From: a virus
Lineage: Duplodnaviria; Caudoviricetes
IMG/VR virus record: IMGVR_UViG_3300010398_000010
Coordinates: 25,349-89,348 of that record
Direction: 5' to 3' (one strand)
Length of the DNA stretch: 64,000 nt
A model generated the notes under the pieces. That model had not been told where the DNA came from and ran no database searches. It saw only the letters and a list, made by a program, of their open reading frames with translations. Of the stretch, positions 37,277 through 46,249 are shown piece after piece (the stretch's first letter is position 1; every line of letters starts with the position of its first letter). Both the position numbers and the translations under genes were made by a program.

Positions 37277-37699
37277 CTATCCGGTGGTTACGACAGTTTG
37301 CGCCTCGCGGCACACGACGTAACGCACCACGACCGCGCCCAGCTGCTCGGCGCGGTCCGCTGTCCAGCCTGACCCGTAGGTCCGCGACTGGCGGCACGCC
37401 ATCCTCAGCAGGTGGGTGCAGTCGGCGGCGATGATCTCATCGCGCCACCGGTAGCCCCCCTCGCCGCCCCACCGCCGCACACGCGGCCGGTGGATGATCA
37501 GCGTCCCGTTCTCTTCCCGGTACCCCAGCGCCCGCGCGCAGTTCTCGGCCAGGTCGTCGCAGCCTGGGGCACCACCGGAGATCACCACGTCCGGGCACAG
37601 CCGTTCGATCGCCAGCGACGCGCGCTGGCTCGCCCGCCACACGTCGCCCTGGCAGGCGAGCACGACGGTCCCGATGATCGCCAGCCGCTTACTGCTCAT
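37277..37699 (-). CDS. SLOG-superfamily (YspA/DUF2493-like) protein
   Basis: VVISGGAPGCDDLAENCARALG..W..GY..RD..I..C..GSGWT..A pattern. Confidence 0.7.
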   Translation of the reverse strand: MSSKRLAIIGTVVLACQGDVWRASQRASLAIERLCPDVVISGGAPGCDDLAENCARALGYREENGTLIIHRPRVRRWGGEGGYRWRDEIIAADCTHLLRMACRQSRTYGSGWTADRAEQLGAVVVRYVVCREAQTVVTTG

Positions 37700-37855
37700 C
37701 GCCGGCGTCCCGCCCGCGGCGCTCGATTCGCGGGTTGCGGACCGCTGGCCCCTTGTGGCGCCCACGGTGGAACAGCCGCCGATGGCAGACCCGCCACACG
37801 CCCGGCCCGTCGTCGGCCGTGGTGAACAGCCAAGCGCACCGGGGCCACCAACTGC

Positions 37856-38179
37856 TCATGGCGCATGGAACTCCCGCCAGACCCGCAGCGCCTCGCCGTC
37901 GCCCCACCGGGGCCGGGTCTCGATGGGTTCATAGAACCCGCCGCCCCGGCTGGTGTACCGGCAGTTGCAGGAGATCGCGATCCCGCCGCTCTTGCCGTGC
38001 TCGATGACGATCTGGTGCGGCAGGCGCGGGTCGCGCATCACCGGCTGGCCGTACCAGCCGGTCGGCCTCGGGTAGACCGCGACCATGCCGTACCGCGACA
38101 CCGGAGCCCCAGGCGGCAGCCGCTTGCGGATCTGCTCGATGCAGTAGCCCGCCTCGGCCTCGGGGTCGAGGTAGCTCAT
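37856..38179 (-). CDS. hypothetical protein
   Basis: ATGA overlaps. Confidence 0.5.
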   Translation of the reverse strand: MSYLDPEAEAGYCIEQIRKRLPPGAPVSRYGMVAVYPRPTGWYGQPVMRDPRLPHQIVIEHGKSGGIAISCNCRYTSRGGGFYEPIETRPRWGDGEALRVWREFHAP

Positions 38180-38724
38180 GAGTACGCCGCCTGAATTCGC
38201 CCAGCGGCGCGGCCGACCGCGATCAGCCCGTCGACCATCTGCCCGCCGATCCGGTCGCCGCCAGCGGTGAGCCGGTCAGCCGCGTAATAGTGCTGGCCGA
38301 TGCCCTCGGCCTCGCGGCCCCGGATCTTCGCCGCGACCCACAGCTGCCCGTGGGTGTCGGTGCAGTACGCGACCGCCGACTCAACCGCGTCCGGCAGCTT
38401 GTGGAACTCGCGGTGGCGGCGGGCATGGTCGAACGCGGCACGCTCGATGGGGCTGGCGTCCGGGCCGGGCTCGGTCACGCCGTGCGCCTCGATCTGCAAC
38501 AGGTAGCCCGCCGCCGCCGCCAGCCCATCCTTGGCAGCTGCCCCGGCCATCATCATCGGGTATTCCTCCGGGTGCACGTCTGGGGCGATCGCCATGTAGG
38601 TCATCACATGGATCCGCCCGGCCGGCTGCTCGGTCAGCGTGAGGAACGCGTGCAGGCTGTCCCACTCGGTGTGGGTCTCGATGGCGCGGCGGGTGAACGC
38701 CGCGAACTCGCGATCCCCGATCAT
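38176..38724 (-). CDS. hypothetical protein
   Basis: ATGA overlaps. Confidence 0.55.
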   Translation of the reverse strand: MIGDREFAAFTRRAIETHTEWDSLHAFLTLTEQPAGRIHVMTYMAIAPDVHPEEYPMMMAGAAAKDGLAAAAGYLLQIEAHGVTEPGPDASPIERAAFDHARRHREFHKLPDAVESAVAYCTDTHGQLWVAAKIRGREAEGIGQHYYAADRLTAGGDRIGGQMVDGLIAVGRAAGRIQAAYS

Positions 38725-39191
38725 GACGCCACCTCATCCTCCGGGCAGAACCGCGCCGTCCCCCGGCTCGGTGAATACCCGCCCGCCAGATACGACCGGT
38801 ACTCGGCCAGCCATTCCGGTGGCCCCGGTGGCTCCCGGTTCGCGAACAGCGGCTCCGGGAACTCAAGATCGGGGCGCGGCCTCGGCGCGTGCGGGCGCCG
38901 GTTCCCCGTCGCTTCCATCAGCCGCCGCCACCGGCCATACACCGCCGAGAACGACAGACCCATCCGCTCGGCCAGTTCCGGCCAGCTTGAGAACTTGTCA
39001 CCCGCCCGCTCGCGGCACACCTCAAGCCACGCCTCAGGCACCCGCGGCGGATCGGCCAAGATCTGCTGGGCGGTCGCGTGGTCCCGCGCCGCGCACTCCG
39101 CGACCCGCGCCTCATTCGCGCCGTGCAGCCGCTCGAGCTGAGCCGCGCTCGCGTTCAGTGGCCGGCCAAGACCCGGCACGCGGCGGCTCAT
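38721..39191 (-). CDS. WhiA C-terminal HTH-like DNA-binding protein
   Basis: AN.AR...A...ILADPPRVPEAW....RE...SSWPELA..MGLSFSAVYGRWRRL parallels the WhiA CTD (ANLRRS..ASLEELG..TKDAVAGRIRRL). Confidence 0.65.
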   Translation of the reverse strand: MSRRVPGLGRPLNASAAQLERLHGANEARVAECAARDHATAQQILADPPRVPEAWLEVCRERAGDKFSSWPELAERMGLSFSAVYGRWRRLMEATGNRRPHAPRPRPDLEFPEPLFANREPPGPPEWLAEYRSYLAGGYSPSRGTARFCPEDEVAS

Positions 39192-39853
39192 CGCCGCCTC
39201 ACCCGGATCACCACGCCCGGCCGGGGCAGCGAGTCGATATCGCCCAGCCCGGCCCACACCATTTCCAGCCGGTCATAGCCGACGATCCGCGCGTCGTCCA
39301 CGATCACCTTGCCGACCTTGAGCGCGTCACCCGCCGCACGTGCGAGCTTGTCGAGGTCGGGTTCCCCAGCTGGTGCCTCGGGCCAGAGCGCGGCGGCGCT
39401 GCCCTTGCGCGGCTTGGCCGGGTAGCCCATCGAGAACGTGAACGCGGCCCGCAGCGGCCCATCGAGCGGATCCCGGCCCGCCATCGTGATCTCACCTTGG
39501 GCGGCGATGTCCTTGGCCCACCGCTCAAGCGCGTGCCCGGCGGACTCGCGCATGTGCGTCATCCGCCGCGCCGGCCCCTTACCGGAGTAGCCCGGCACCT
39601 TGGACCCTTTCGGCTTGGGGTCGCCGTAGACCACGAACTGCACCGGGTAGCCCGCCGGGAACAGCGACGCCTGCGGCCACGGCTGCGCGGGCACCGGCTC
39701 ATCCGGAGTCGGGTAGTCCGGCCACGGCACGCCCGCCCTGGCCATGCCCGCGCGCAGTTGCAAGCTGGCGCTGATCGCCTGCTCGCACATAAGCTCACCC
39801 GCCGCGCACGCCGGGCTCAAGCAGGCAGAGCAGATCACCTCAACCTCGCCCAT
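39188..39853 (-). CDS. rusA: RusA-family Holliday junction resolvase
   Basis: FVVYGDPKPKGSK...PDLDKLARAAGDAL..VIVDDARIV. Confidence 0.9.
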   Translation of the reverse strand: MGEVEVICSACLSPACAAGELMCEQAISASLQLRAGMARAGVPWPDYPTPDEPVPAQPWPQASLFPAGYPVQFVVYGDPKPKGSKVPGYSGKGPARRMTHMRESAGHALERWAKDIAAQGEITMAGRDPLDGPLRAAFTFSMGYPAKPRKGSAAALWPEAPAGEPDLDKLARAAGDALKVGKVIVDDARIVGYDRLEMVWAGLGDIDSLPRPGVVIRVRRR

Positions 39854-39890
39854 CACGTCTCCCCTTCCGAGAGTGACCAACCAACAGAAC

Positions 39891-40928
39891 TCACGCCGCA
39901 TCACCGTCATCGGCGCCAGACGACCGGCACGCGAACGGCCCGCACCCGTCCGGGCTGCCCTCTTCCGCGAGCAGCGCCTCGGGCCCGAGGCCAGCCTCGG
40001 TGTCCGCGATCAGGTCGAGCAGATCCCCCTGCCGTTCGCGCCACTCGCGGCGGGTGTACCGGTCGATGTTCGCCTCGCCCAGCGGGACACGCTCGCGGTG
40101 CAGGAACGCCTCACCATCGAGGGGCAGCCCGTGGGATCCGCCCTTGCGGATCGCCGCGTCGAACTCGACCGCAGCCCGCCACTCATCCGGGTGATTGTCA
40201 CGCATGTTCCGCCACTGCCGGTTCCCGTGGTAGGGGCAGAACACGCACGCCGACTTAGCCACCGAGGTCCACCCCTGGCTGTGCAGGAAACGCAGGCACG
40301 CCTTGCGGTCGAGGTCGAGCTCGAGCAGCGGGTGCCGCACCCGCACATAACCGGGTGCGGCGTCGTTGACGCGACCGATCTCATCGGTGGAAAAACCGAC
40401 CCATAGCTCAGCGTGCCGCCCTTTCGGCACCCGCAGGTGACGCGGCGGCCGGGCACCAAGCAATTCCCGGACCTTGCGGTAAATGGGCTCGATCTTGTAT
40501 TCCGACGTGCACTGCCGCCGGCCCATCCCCTGACCGTTGTCCCACCCGGAGCCTTTGCACCGCGGGCAGCGCCGCTCACCGGCCTCATCGGTGACCCGGC
40601 CAGTCGTCCCGCACTTCTCACACGGCCCCGGCGCGTTCTGCACGAAATAGGGCACCGACGCGTACCGGTGATCAGGGTCGACGGCGTCGCGGGCCAGATT
40701 CCCCTTACTCACCTTGATGACCGGCAGGCCATAACCCGCGCAATAGTCGGTCAGCTGGGCAAGGTGGTCATAGACGCGCCGCGGCTCGCCCCCGGTGTCA
40801 GCGAAGATCGCCAGATCGAGGCGGGGCAGCTGCCCGTGACACGCCATCAGCGCGAGCGTCGTGGACTGCACCCCGGCGCCGAGGGACAGCACCCGGATCC
40901 ACGGCCGGCCAGTCTCAAGCGCGAGCAT
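39891..40928 (-). CDS. PAPS-reductase-like (adenine nucleotide alpha hydrolase / PP-loop) protein
   Basis: LSLGAGVQST, IFADTG, RQCTSEYKI, GFSTDE, KSACVFCPY motifs; start may be 40982. Confidence 0.8.
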   Translation of the reverse strand: MLALETGRPWIRVLSLGAGVQSTTLALMACHGQLPRLDLAIFADTGGEPRRVYDHLAQLTDYCAGYGLPVIKVSKGNLARDAVDPDHRYASVPYFVQNAPGPCEKCGTTGRVTDEAGERRCPRCKGSGWDNGQGMGRRQCTSEYKIEPIYRKVRELLGARPPRHLRVPKGRHAELWVGFSTDEIGRVNDAAPGYVRVRHPLLELDLDRKACLRFLHSQGWTSVAKSACVFCPYHGNRQWRNMRDNHPDEWRAAVEFDAAIRKGGSHGLPLDGEAFLHRERVPLGEANIDRYTRREWRERQGDLLDLIADTEAGLGPEALLAEEGSPDGCGPFACRSSGADDGDAA

Positions 40929-41157
40929 CGGCCCCCGCCTCCGCTCTGTTCCGCGCTCGCCACCGGTAGATGGTCCGCTCATCGACCCGCCAGCCCGCGA
41001 ACGCGTACCGCGCCGCGACCCGGGCGTGCGTTCCGGGATGCGCCCGGTCCCACCTCGCCAGCGCCGCCCGCCGCTCGGCTGCCTGCTCGACCCACCGCTC
41101 ACCCGCGTACAGAACCGCCGCCCACTGCATCTGCGTGCCCACCCACGCGGCCATCAC
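40915..41157 (-). CDS. hypothetical protein
   Basis: GTGA coupling with the MazG-like gene. Confidence 0.4.
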   Translation of the reverse strand: MMAAWVGTQMQWAAVLYAGERWVEQAAERRAALARWDRAHPGTHARVAARYAFAGWRVDERTIYRWRARNRAEAGADARA

Positions 41158-41702
41158 AGACCCGCTTCCGGGCAGACCGCGAACCCGGTCTCGACCGTGA
41201 ACGTCCGCCCGCACGAGCAGCGCCACCCGTCCTGGGTGCCGTCCAGCGGCGCGACCTTGTGACCGGCGCGGCGCACACCGACGACGCTGGCCAGTATGGC
41301 GGCGGCGGGTGGCCGCGACGCTCGGTCGATCGCCCCGGCCCACTGAGTGAACACCGCAGCCGCCTGCACGACCTCGGTCCGCAGCGCCACCGGGTCGGTC
41401 TCGGCCGCCGCCTCAAACACCTCTTCCAACGCGACCAGCAGCCAGGTGCACTCGCCGCGTTTCGCCGCGTCCTGGCACGCGCGGCGCATCGTGTCCCGCA
41501 GCCACAGCATTGACCGGCCCAGCAGCGCCGCGTCGCCGCCCGTGCCGTCCGGGTGGTTCTGCTCGCCCCACTGGGCATCCTGGGCGCCCATTTCCGCGCC
41601 CACGTCCGCGAGCAGCCGCCACCGTTCAGCGGTCTTGCCGTGGTCGTGCGCCGGGTCGGTGCACCGGCCGGTCAGCGATTGCAGATCACAGCCCTCGGTC
41701 AT
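41154..41702 (-). CDS. MazG-like nucleotide pyrophosphohydrolase
   Basis: QDAQWGEQNHPDG..TWLLVALEEVFEA.AE.DP..LRTEVVQAAAV. Confidence 0.75.
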   Translation of the reverse strand: MTEGCDLQSLTGRCTDPAHDHGKTAERWRLLADVGAEMGAQDAQWGEQNHPDGTGGDAALLGRSMLWLRDTMRRACQDAAKRGECTWLLVALEEVFEAAAETDPVALRTEVVQAAAVFTQWAGAIDRASRPPAAAILASVVGVRRAGHKVAPLDGTQDGWRCSCGRTFTVETGFAVCPEAGL

Positions 41703-42006
41703 CGCGCACCCCCCATGCAGACGCCACGCGGGCAGCCGGGGCAGGTGATCGCGATCAGTTGGCCGTCGTCGCCGCGCACGCCGACGTGCTGACGCGGGTG
41801 GTGGCACCGGGCGCACGGTGGCCACCCGGTGCCGGGCAGGTCGGCCATAACTCGGCCCGCCTGCGGTCCGGTCGCCACGTCGCGAACGCCGACCGCCGGG
41901 CGGTGTCCATGCACCGCCCCGGGCAGCACGGCACGACGTGGACCGTGCAATGCTCGGCCAACGTCTGGTGACAGTTCACGCACCGAAGCTCGGCCATCGG
42001 TCCCCC

Positions 42007-42498
42007 TCATTGGTCATCACCCGCCGGCTTGGCCTTGGTCTTTTTCGGCGGCGGGTTCTTACACGTCACCCAGTGCGCCACGCCGCGTTTCTCACCACGC
42101 CGCAGATCCGGCTCGGCCTTGGTCAGCATCCGGAACATCAGCTGCCCGCCCTCGCGGTGGACCGCGACCCGGCCCCGCTGGTCACCGGCCGACCAGTAAT
42201 CAACCGGCATCTTGGTGTCGCGGCCGGGCTCGGCTGAGACCGCCCACTCGATATCGGCACCGCACCCCTCGCGGCTGCATTGCGTCATTCCTGCCATGTC
42301 CAGTTCCCGCCCTTCCTCGGCGTCTGGTGGTGGGGCTAGTGACTCGGTGTCCGGTGGCCCCGCCCCGGTGACCTCCCGGTTCCACGCGCGCAGCTTGACC
42401 AGGGCCGGATCGTCCGGGCCGATCCCGGCCGCGCGCAGCTTCGCGTCGACCAGCTGGGCAAGCGGCACCTCAACCCGCGCGGCGGCGGTGGCCATCAC
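42007..42498 (-). CDS. hypothetical protein with Zn-binding-like C-terminal domain
   Basis: CSREGCGADIEW..MPVD..HWVTC; GTGA coupling. Confidence 0.55.
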   Translation of the reverse strand: MMATAAARVEVPLAQLVDAKLRAAGIGPDDPALVKLRAWNREVTGAGPPDTESLAPPPDAEEGRELDMAGMTQCSREGCGADIEWAVSAEPGRDTKMPVDYWSAGDQRGRVAVHREGGQLMFRMLTKAEPDLRRGEKRGVAHWVTCKNPPPKKTKAKPAGDDQ

Positions 42499-43334
42499 CG
42501 GACCCACCGCTCATCGGGGTCGAACAGGTCGCCCTGCACCCACCGGTCATTGACCATCCGCACCGTCCGTTCGTACGCCCAGGCGCAACGGCGCGGGCAG
42601 TTCTGGCACGTCTTGTGCGAGCAGCCAAGCTCGACCTTGGCGCCCTTGGGACGGCGGGCGTCGTCGGACCACGACGAACTGTCCGCCGAGACCAGCCGGT
42701 GCCCGAACTGCGCCAGCCCCCCGGTCTTGACCCCGAACCCGTGCAGCCGCAACGGTGCCAGCGACCTGACGATCTGGTCGGCCTCGGCGGTGTCCTGCCG
42801 GCGGCACATCGAGCCCAGCAGCACAAGCGGCTCATCCTCAAGGTGCACGCCGTGCCGCTCGTACAGATCCCAGCAGCGGTGGTAGTCGTCGCGCGTCCAC
42901 CCCTGCAACGTCAGCCGGATCGGCAGCGACGCGTCGGCCATCCGCAAGTCGAGCAGGTTCTCAACCGTCAGCCGCAGATGCTCGGGCACGTCCAGCCCGG
43001 TGCCGTGGAACCACTGCTGGCGGCCAGCCGGACCCCACCAGCCGCCGGCGATGATCGCCGGTTCGCACATCATGTCCTGCGGTGCCGCGAAGTCGAGCCG
43101 GCCGACCTCATCGGCGGCGCGGCGCATGAGCGCCACATACTCGGCCGGGGACAGCAGGTGCTTGCCCTCACGCTGCACGACCGTGAACGCCCCGGAGTCG
43201 AGCATCCAATCGCGGATCGCCGGGCGCCACGTCTTGACCAGGCCGAGGCGCGCGGCCGATACGCACACGGGGAACTCGCCGCGTTCGGCCAGCCACAGCC
43301 ACGCGGCAGAGTTGATCCCCGGATAGAACCTCAC
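42495..43334 (-). CDS. dpdA: TGT-fold DpdA-like 7-deazaguanine DNA insertion enzyme
   Basis: LDSGAFT, APQDMMCEP, LQG, LGSMCRRQ, LHGFGVK, SADSSSWS and terminal C-x4-C-x2-C motifs; coupled to the VUT gene. Confidence 0.75.
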   Translation of the reverse strand: MRFYPGINSAAWLWLAERGEFPVCVSAARLGLVKTWRPAIRDWMLDSGAFTVVQREGKHLLSPAEYVALMRRAADEVGRLDFAAPQDMMCEPAIIAGGWWGPAGRQQWFHGTGLDVPEHLRLTVENLLDLRMADASLPIRLTLQGWTRDDYHRCWDLYERHGVHLEDEPLVLLGSMCRRQDTAEADQIVRSLAPLRLHGFGVKTGGLAQFGHRLVSADSSSWSDDARRPKGAKVELGCSHKTCQNCPRRCAWAYERTVRMVNDRWVQGDLFDPDERWVR

Positions 43335-43909
43335 GGCGTGGTCGCCGCCAGCAGGTTCGACCGGCGCAGGAACCACGTCACCGGCAAGCCGACCAGAGCG
43401 ATCACTTCCAGCTTGCCGGTGATCTGCCCCGCCAGCGCGACGGAGTAGGGGATCCCGGCCAGCGCGAGGAACAGCAGCGAGTCGACCACCGCCGCGGCCA
43501 CGCTCGACACGGCGACACCGCGCACGAACCACCGCCGCGCCATCGGCGTATAGATCGCCATGTCCAAGCCCTCTGAGACCAGGAACGTCACCCCGGACGC
43601 GACCGCCAGCACCGGGCTGATGGCGTAGGTGAGCCCAGCTGCGAACACGATGGCCGCGACGCCCCACCACCGGCCAAGGCCACGCTGCACCAGATCGCGC
43701 AGCGGGAACGTCAGCCCCGCCATGTAAACCCCGGCCGGGGCGACCAGCAGCCACCACGGGGCCGTGCCCGGGGCAGGCGCGGGCCGGCCGGGGACGGGGA
43801 ACACCTCGATGAACCCGACGTGCACGATCAGCCAGTTGGCCAGATAGATCGCGGCGACGTAGGCCACCAGGGCGAGCCCGCCGACGACCCGGTCACGGTT
43901 CTCAGGCAT
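43331..43909 (-). CDS. VUT/QPTR (YhhQ-like) queuosine-precursor transporter
   Basis: Multiple TM helices; ANW..PAG..GLTFPLRDLVQ..ASG..FLVSE.LD..Y..DSLLF..GQITGK. Confidence 0.85.
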   Translation of the reverse strand: MPENRDRVVGGLALVAYVAAIYLANWLIVHVGFIEVFPVPGRPAPAPGTAPWWLLVAPAGVYMAGLTFPLRDLVQRGLGRWWGVAAIVFAAGLTYAISPVLAVASGVTFLVSEGLDMAIYTPMARRWFVRGVAVSSVAAAVVDSLLFLALAGIPYSVALAGQITGKLEVIALVGLPVTWFLRRSNLLAATTP

Positions 43910-43971
43910 GGCAAAATCTCACTCTCTGTAGTGGTTGAGGGTTCGCCCAAACAGGGCTGTTTGATCTTGAT

Positions 43972-44142
43972 CCGGGGGGGGTCAAGCCGCCGGGGGGGGT
44001 CGGGGGGGTCGTGACCCCCCCCGTTACCAAAAACACCCCTATCTTGATACTGACAAAATAGACTTTAGACTTATTTATATATAGGGAGTCACACCAGTTT
44101 CGTACAAACGCGACCCCCCCCGGACCCCCCGACCCCCCCCGG
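43972..44142. repeat. putative replication origin: inverted G8TC/GAC8 iterons around an AT-rich core
   Basis: CCGGGGGGGGTC at 43972 and 43990; GACCCCCCCCGG at 44112 and 44131; further partial copies; AT-rich 44028-44108. Confidence 0.65.
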
Positions 44143-44143
44143 C

Positions 44144-46249
44144 TCACGACTCGGCCCGCCGGTAGATCACACCGCTGCCGCCGCGCCCGTTCGCGTCACG
44201 TTCCGTAGGCACCGCAATGATCTCCCCACGCCGCACCAACTCGGCCAGGGCGTCATCGAGCACATCACGATGGCGGTTCATCGCCCCGCGCAGTTGCTTG
44301 CGTCTGACGCCATCCCGCGCAGCGCTGACCATTGAGAGGATCCGGGCACAAGCCTGATCAATAGACCGCCGCGCCGTGTCGTCCGCCACGATGGCCTGCC
44401 GGGCGGCGTCCGAATGCGCCCGCGACTCGTTCCGCTCCTGCGCCTCACGGCTCATCGCGTCCGCAGCTGCCTGCCGCGTCCGGTCCGACATCGCCATCAC
44501 GACCCCGGCCAGATCCCAGTCATCCTCACCCACGCCATCGAGGTGCATCACGTCCGGCCGCGACAGCCACGCCAGCGCCGCCGCCACCTTGAGCCGGCAC
44601 AGCGCCGCATGAGCCGCATAGGCGACCTCACCGCCGCGCAGCCGCGCCAGCCGGTCAGCCCGGATCACCGCCCGCGCCTTATCGCACACGCCGAGGGTCA
44701 GTTCCCCGTCGTGGTCACCGATCTCAGACAGACCCGGCATCCCCCACGACACCCCCCGCGGCGGCGGCGGCGGCTCATCCGGCGCGTTCGGGTCGTTCAC
44801 CGGCAGCCAGATGAACCGCTGCGGCGTCCCGCCGTCCACGTCATCGAGCAGAGCCCCAGCGTGCGTCGGCTGCACCCCGGCGATCAGCGACAGCCGGTAA
44901 GAGTGCCCCGGCACCAGCAGCCGCTTGTCCTTGGTGGCGTACTGGAAAGCAAGCTGCTCACCCATCCACGCCTTGCGAAGCTCGGGCAGCAGCGTCGACC
45001 CGCGCCGCGAGTTGAGCGCGGCCATCGTGTCGATCTCGGGCACCGTCATGAGCACGCACCGGTTGCGTTTCTGAACGCACGCGCCCTTCCGGTCGACCTC
45101 GGCGTACAGATGCGCGATCCCCTCACCCGACCCGACCCCGGAGGTGATCACGTCAACACCCCGGCCGAGGAACTGCTCAGCCGCCCGCTCGGCCACGCCC
45201 TTACCGGCACCGGACGGGCCGACCAGGGCGACGAACAGATTGAGCGACGCCCGCCCGCCGGTCAGCGCCGGCAGCATGACAGCTGGGGACATCGACGCGG
45301 TCATCCGCGCCAGCGCCGCACCCAGCACGGCCCACGGCCCGGCTTGGCTGGCCTGGGCGAAATCGTGCAACCGGGCCAGCACGTCACGCGCCTGCCAGAA
45401 CTCTTCCGGCGTGATCACCGGCTCGGATGGCTCGAGCTCGGCCGGTGGCTCACCAGCCTCAGCCACATCGAGCAGACCCGGCTCAGCCTCGACTGGGACG
45501 AACTCATCGAGCTTGAGCCCGGCGGCCAGATGATCGCTGGTGTCCTTGCCCGCAGCCGGGCGGACGATCCGCACCGACGCGGCGGCGACCTCAAGCTCAC
45601 CCCACACCCGCCGCGCATGGTCGAGCCCGGCGTGCCCGCCGCCACGGCCAGCCGGGTCGATGTCCGCGACGATCACCACGTCGGCACCCTCAAGGCTCGC
45701 GGTGTACCCGTCGTCCCACTTGCCCGCGCCCATCGGGTTGCACGTCGCGACCTGCCCGGCCCGCTCAAGCGCGTGCACGTCTTTCTCGCCCTCGACCAGC
45801 CAGATCGTGCTGCCGTTCGCGACGCCCATGACCACCTGCGGCAGGTGGTACAGCACCCGCCGCACGTCACCGAGGCCGGGCACCTGCCGCCCCCGCACGT
45901 AGCGGCCTTGGCGGAACGCCTTGGGGAACATCCGCTCGGTGTAGTGCAGCGGCGAGCCGAATTCGTCGGTGTAGACGTAGGTCGCGACCACCACCGGCCG
46001 GTCACCGTTGGTCGACGGCGCGCAGATGTCGGCCCAGCTGAGCGCGAGCGCGGCCATGACATCTTCGACATGGCAGCCGGCGTGGCAGTTCAGGATCACC
46101 GGCTGCGTCTTGCCGGTGGTGACCGACAGCGACGGGTTGTGATCGTCGTGCGCCGGGCACCGGGCGACGTAGCTGGTACCGGACTGCTTGCGCACCTTGT
46201 CCAGCTTGGCCAGCACCAGATCGAGCACGTCGGTTTCAGCCATCGGCAT
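44144..46249 (-). CDS. DNA primase-helicase (Zn-finger, TOPRIM, C-terminal P-loop/DUF3987-like)
   Basis: ARCPAHDDHNPSLSV; LVEGEKDV..CNPMGAGKW..VADID; GPSGAGKG Walker A. Confidence 0.88.
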   Translation of the reverse strand: MPMAETDVLDLVLAKLDKVRKQSGTSYVARCPAHDDHNPSLSVTTGKTQPVILNCHAGCHVEDVMAALALSWADICAPSTNGDRPVVVATYVYTDEFGSPLHYTERMFPKAFRQGRYVRGRQVPGLGDVRRVLYHLPQVVMGVANGSTIWLVEGEKDVHALERAGQVATCNPMGAGKWDDGYTASLEGADVVIVADIDPAGRGGGHAGLDHARRVWGELEVAAASVRIVRPAAGKDTSDHLAAGLKLDEFVPVEAEPGLLDVAEAGEPPAELEPSEPVITPEEFWQARDVLARLHDFAQASQAGPWAVLGAALARMTASMSPAVMLPALTGGRASLNLFVALVGPSGAGKGVAERAAEQFLGRGVDVITSGVGSGEGIAHLYAEVDRKGACVQKRNRCVLMTVPEIDTMAALNSRRGSTLLPELRKAWMGEQLAFQYATKDKRLLVPGHSYRLSLIAGVQPTHAGALLDDVDGGTPQRFIWLPVNDPNAPDEPPPPPRGVSWGMPGLSEIGDHDGELTLGVCDKARAVIRADRLARLRGGEVAYAAHAALCRLKVAAALAWLSRPDVMHLDGVGEDDWDLAGVVMAMSDRTRQAAADAMSREAQERNESRAHSDAARQAIVADDTARRSIDQACARILSMVSAARDGVRRKQLRGAMNRHRDVLDDALAELVRRGEIIAVPTERDANGRGGSGVIYRRAES

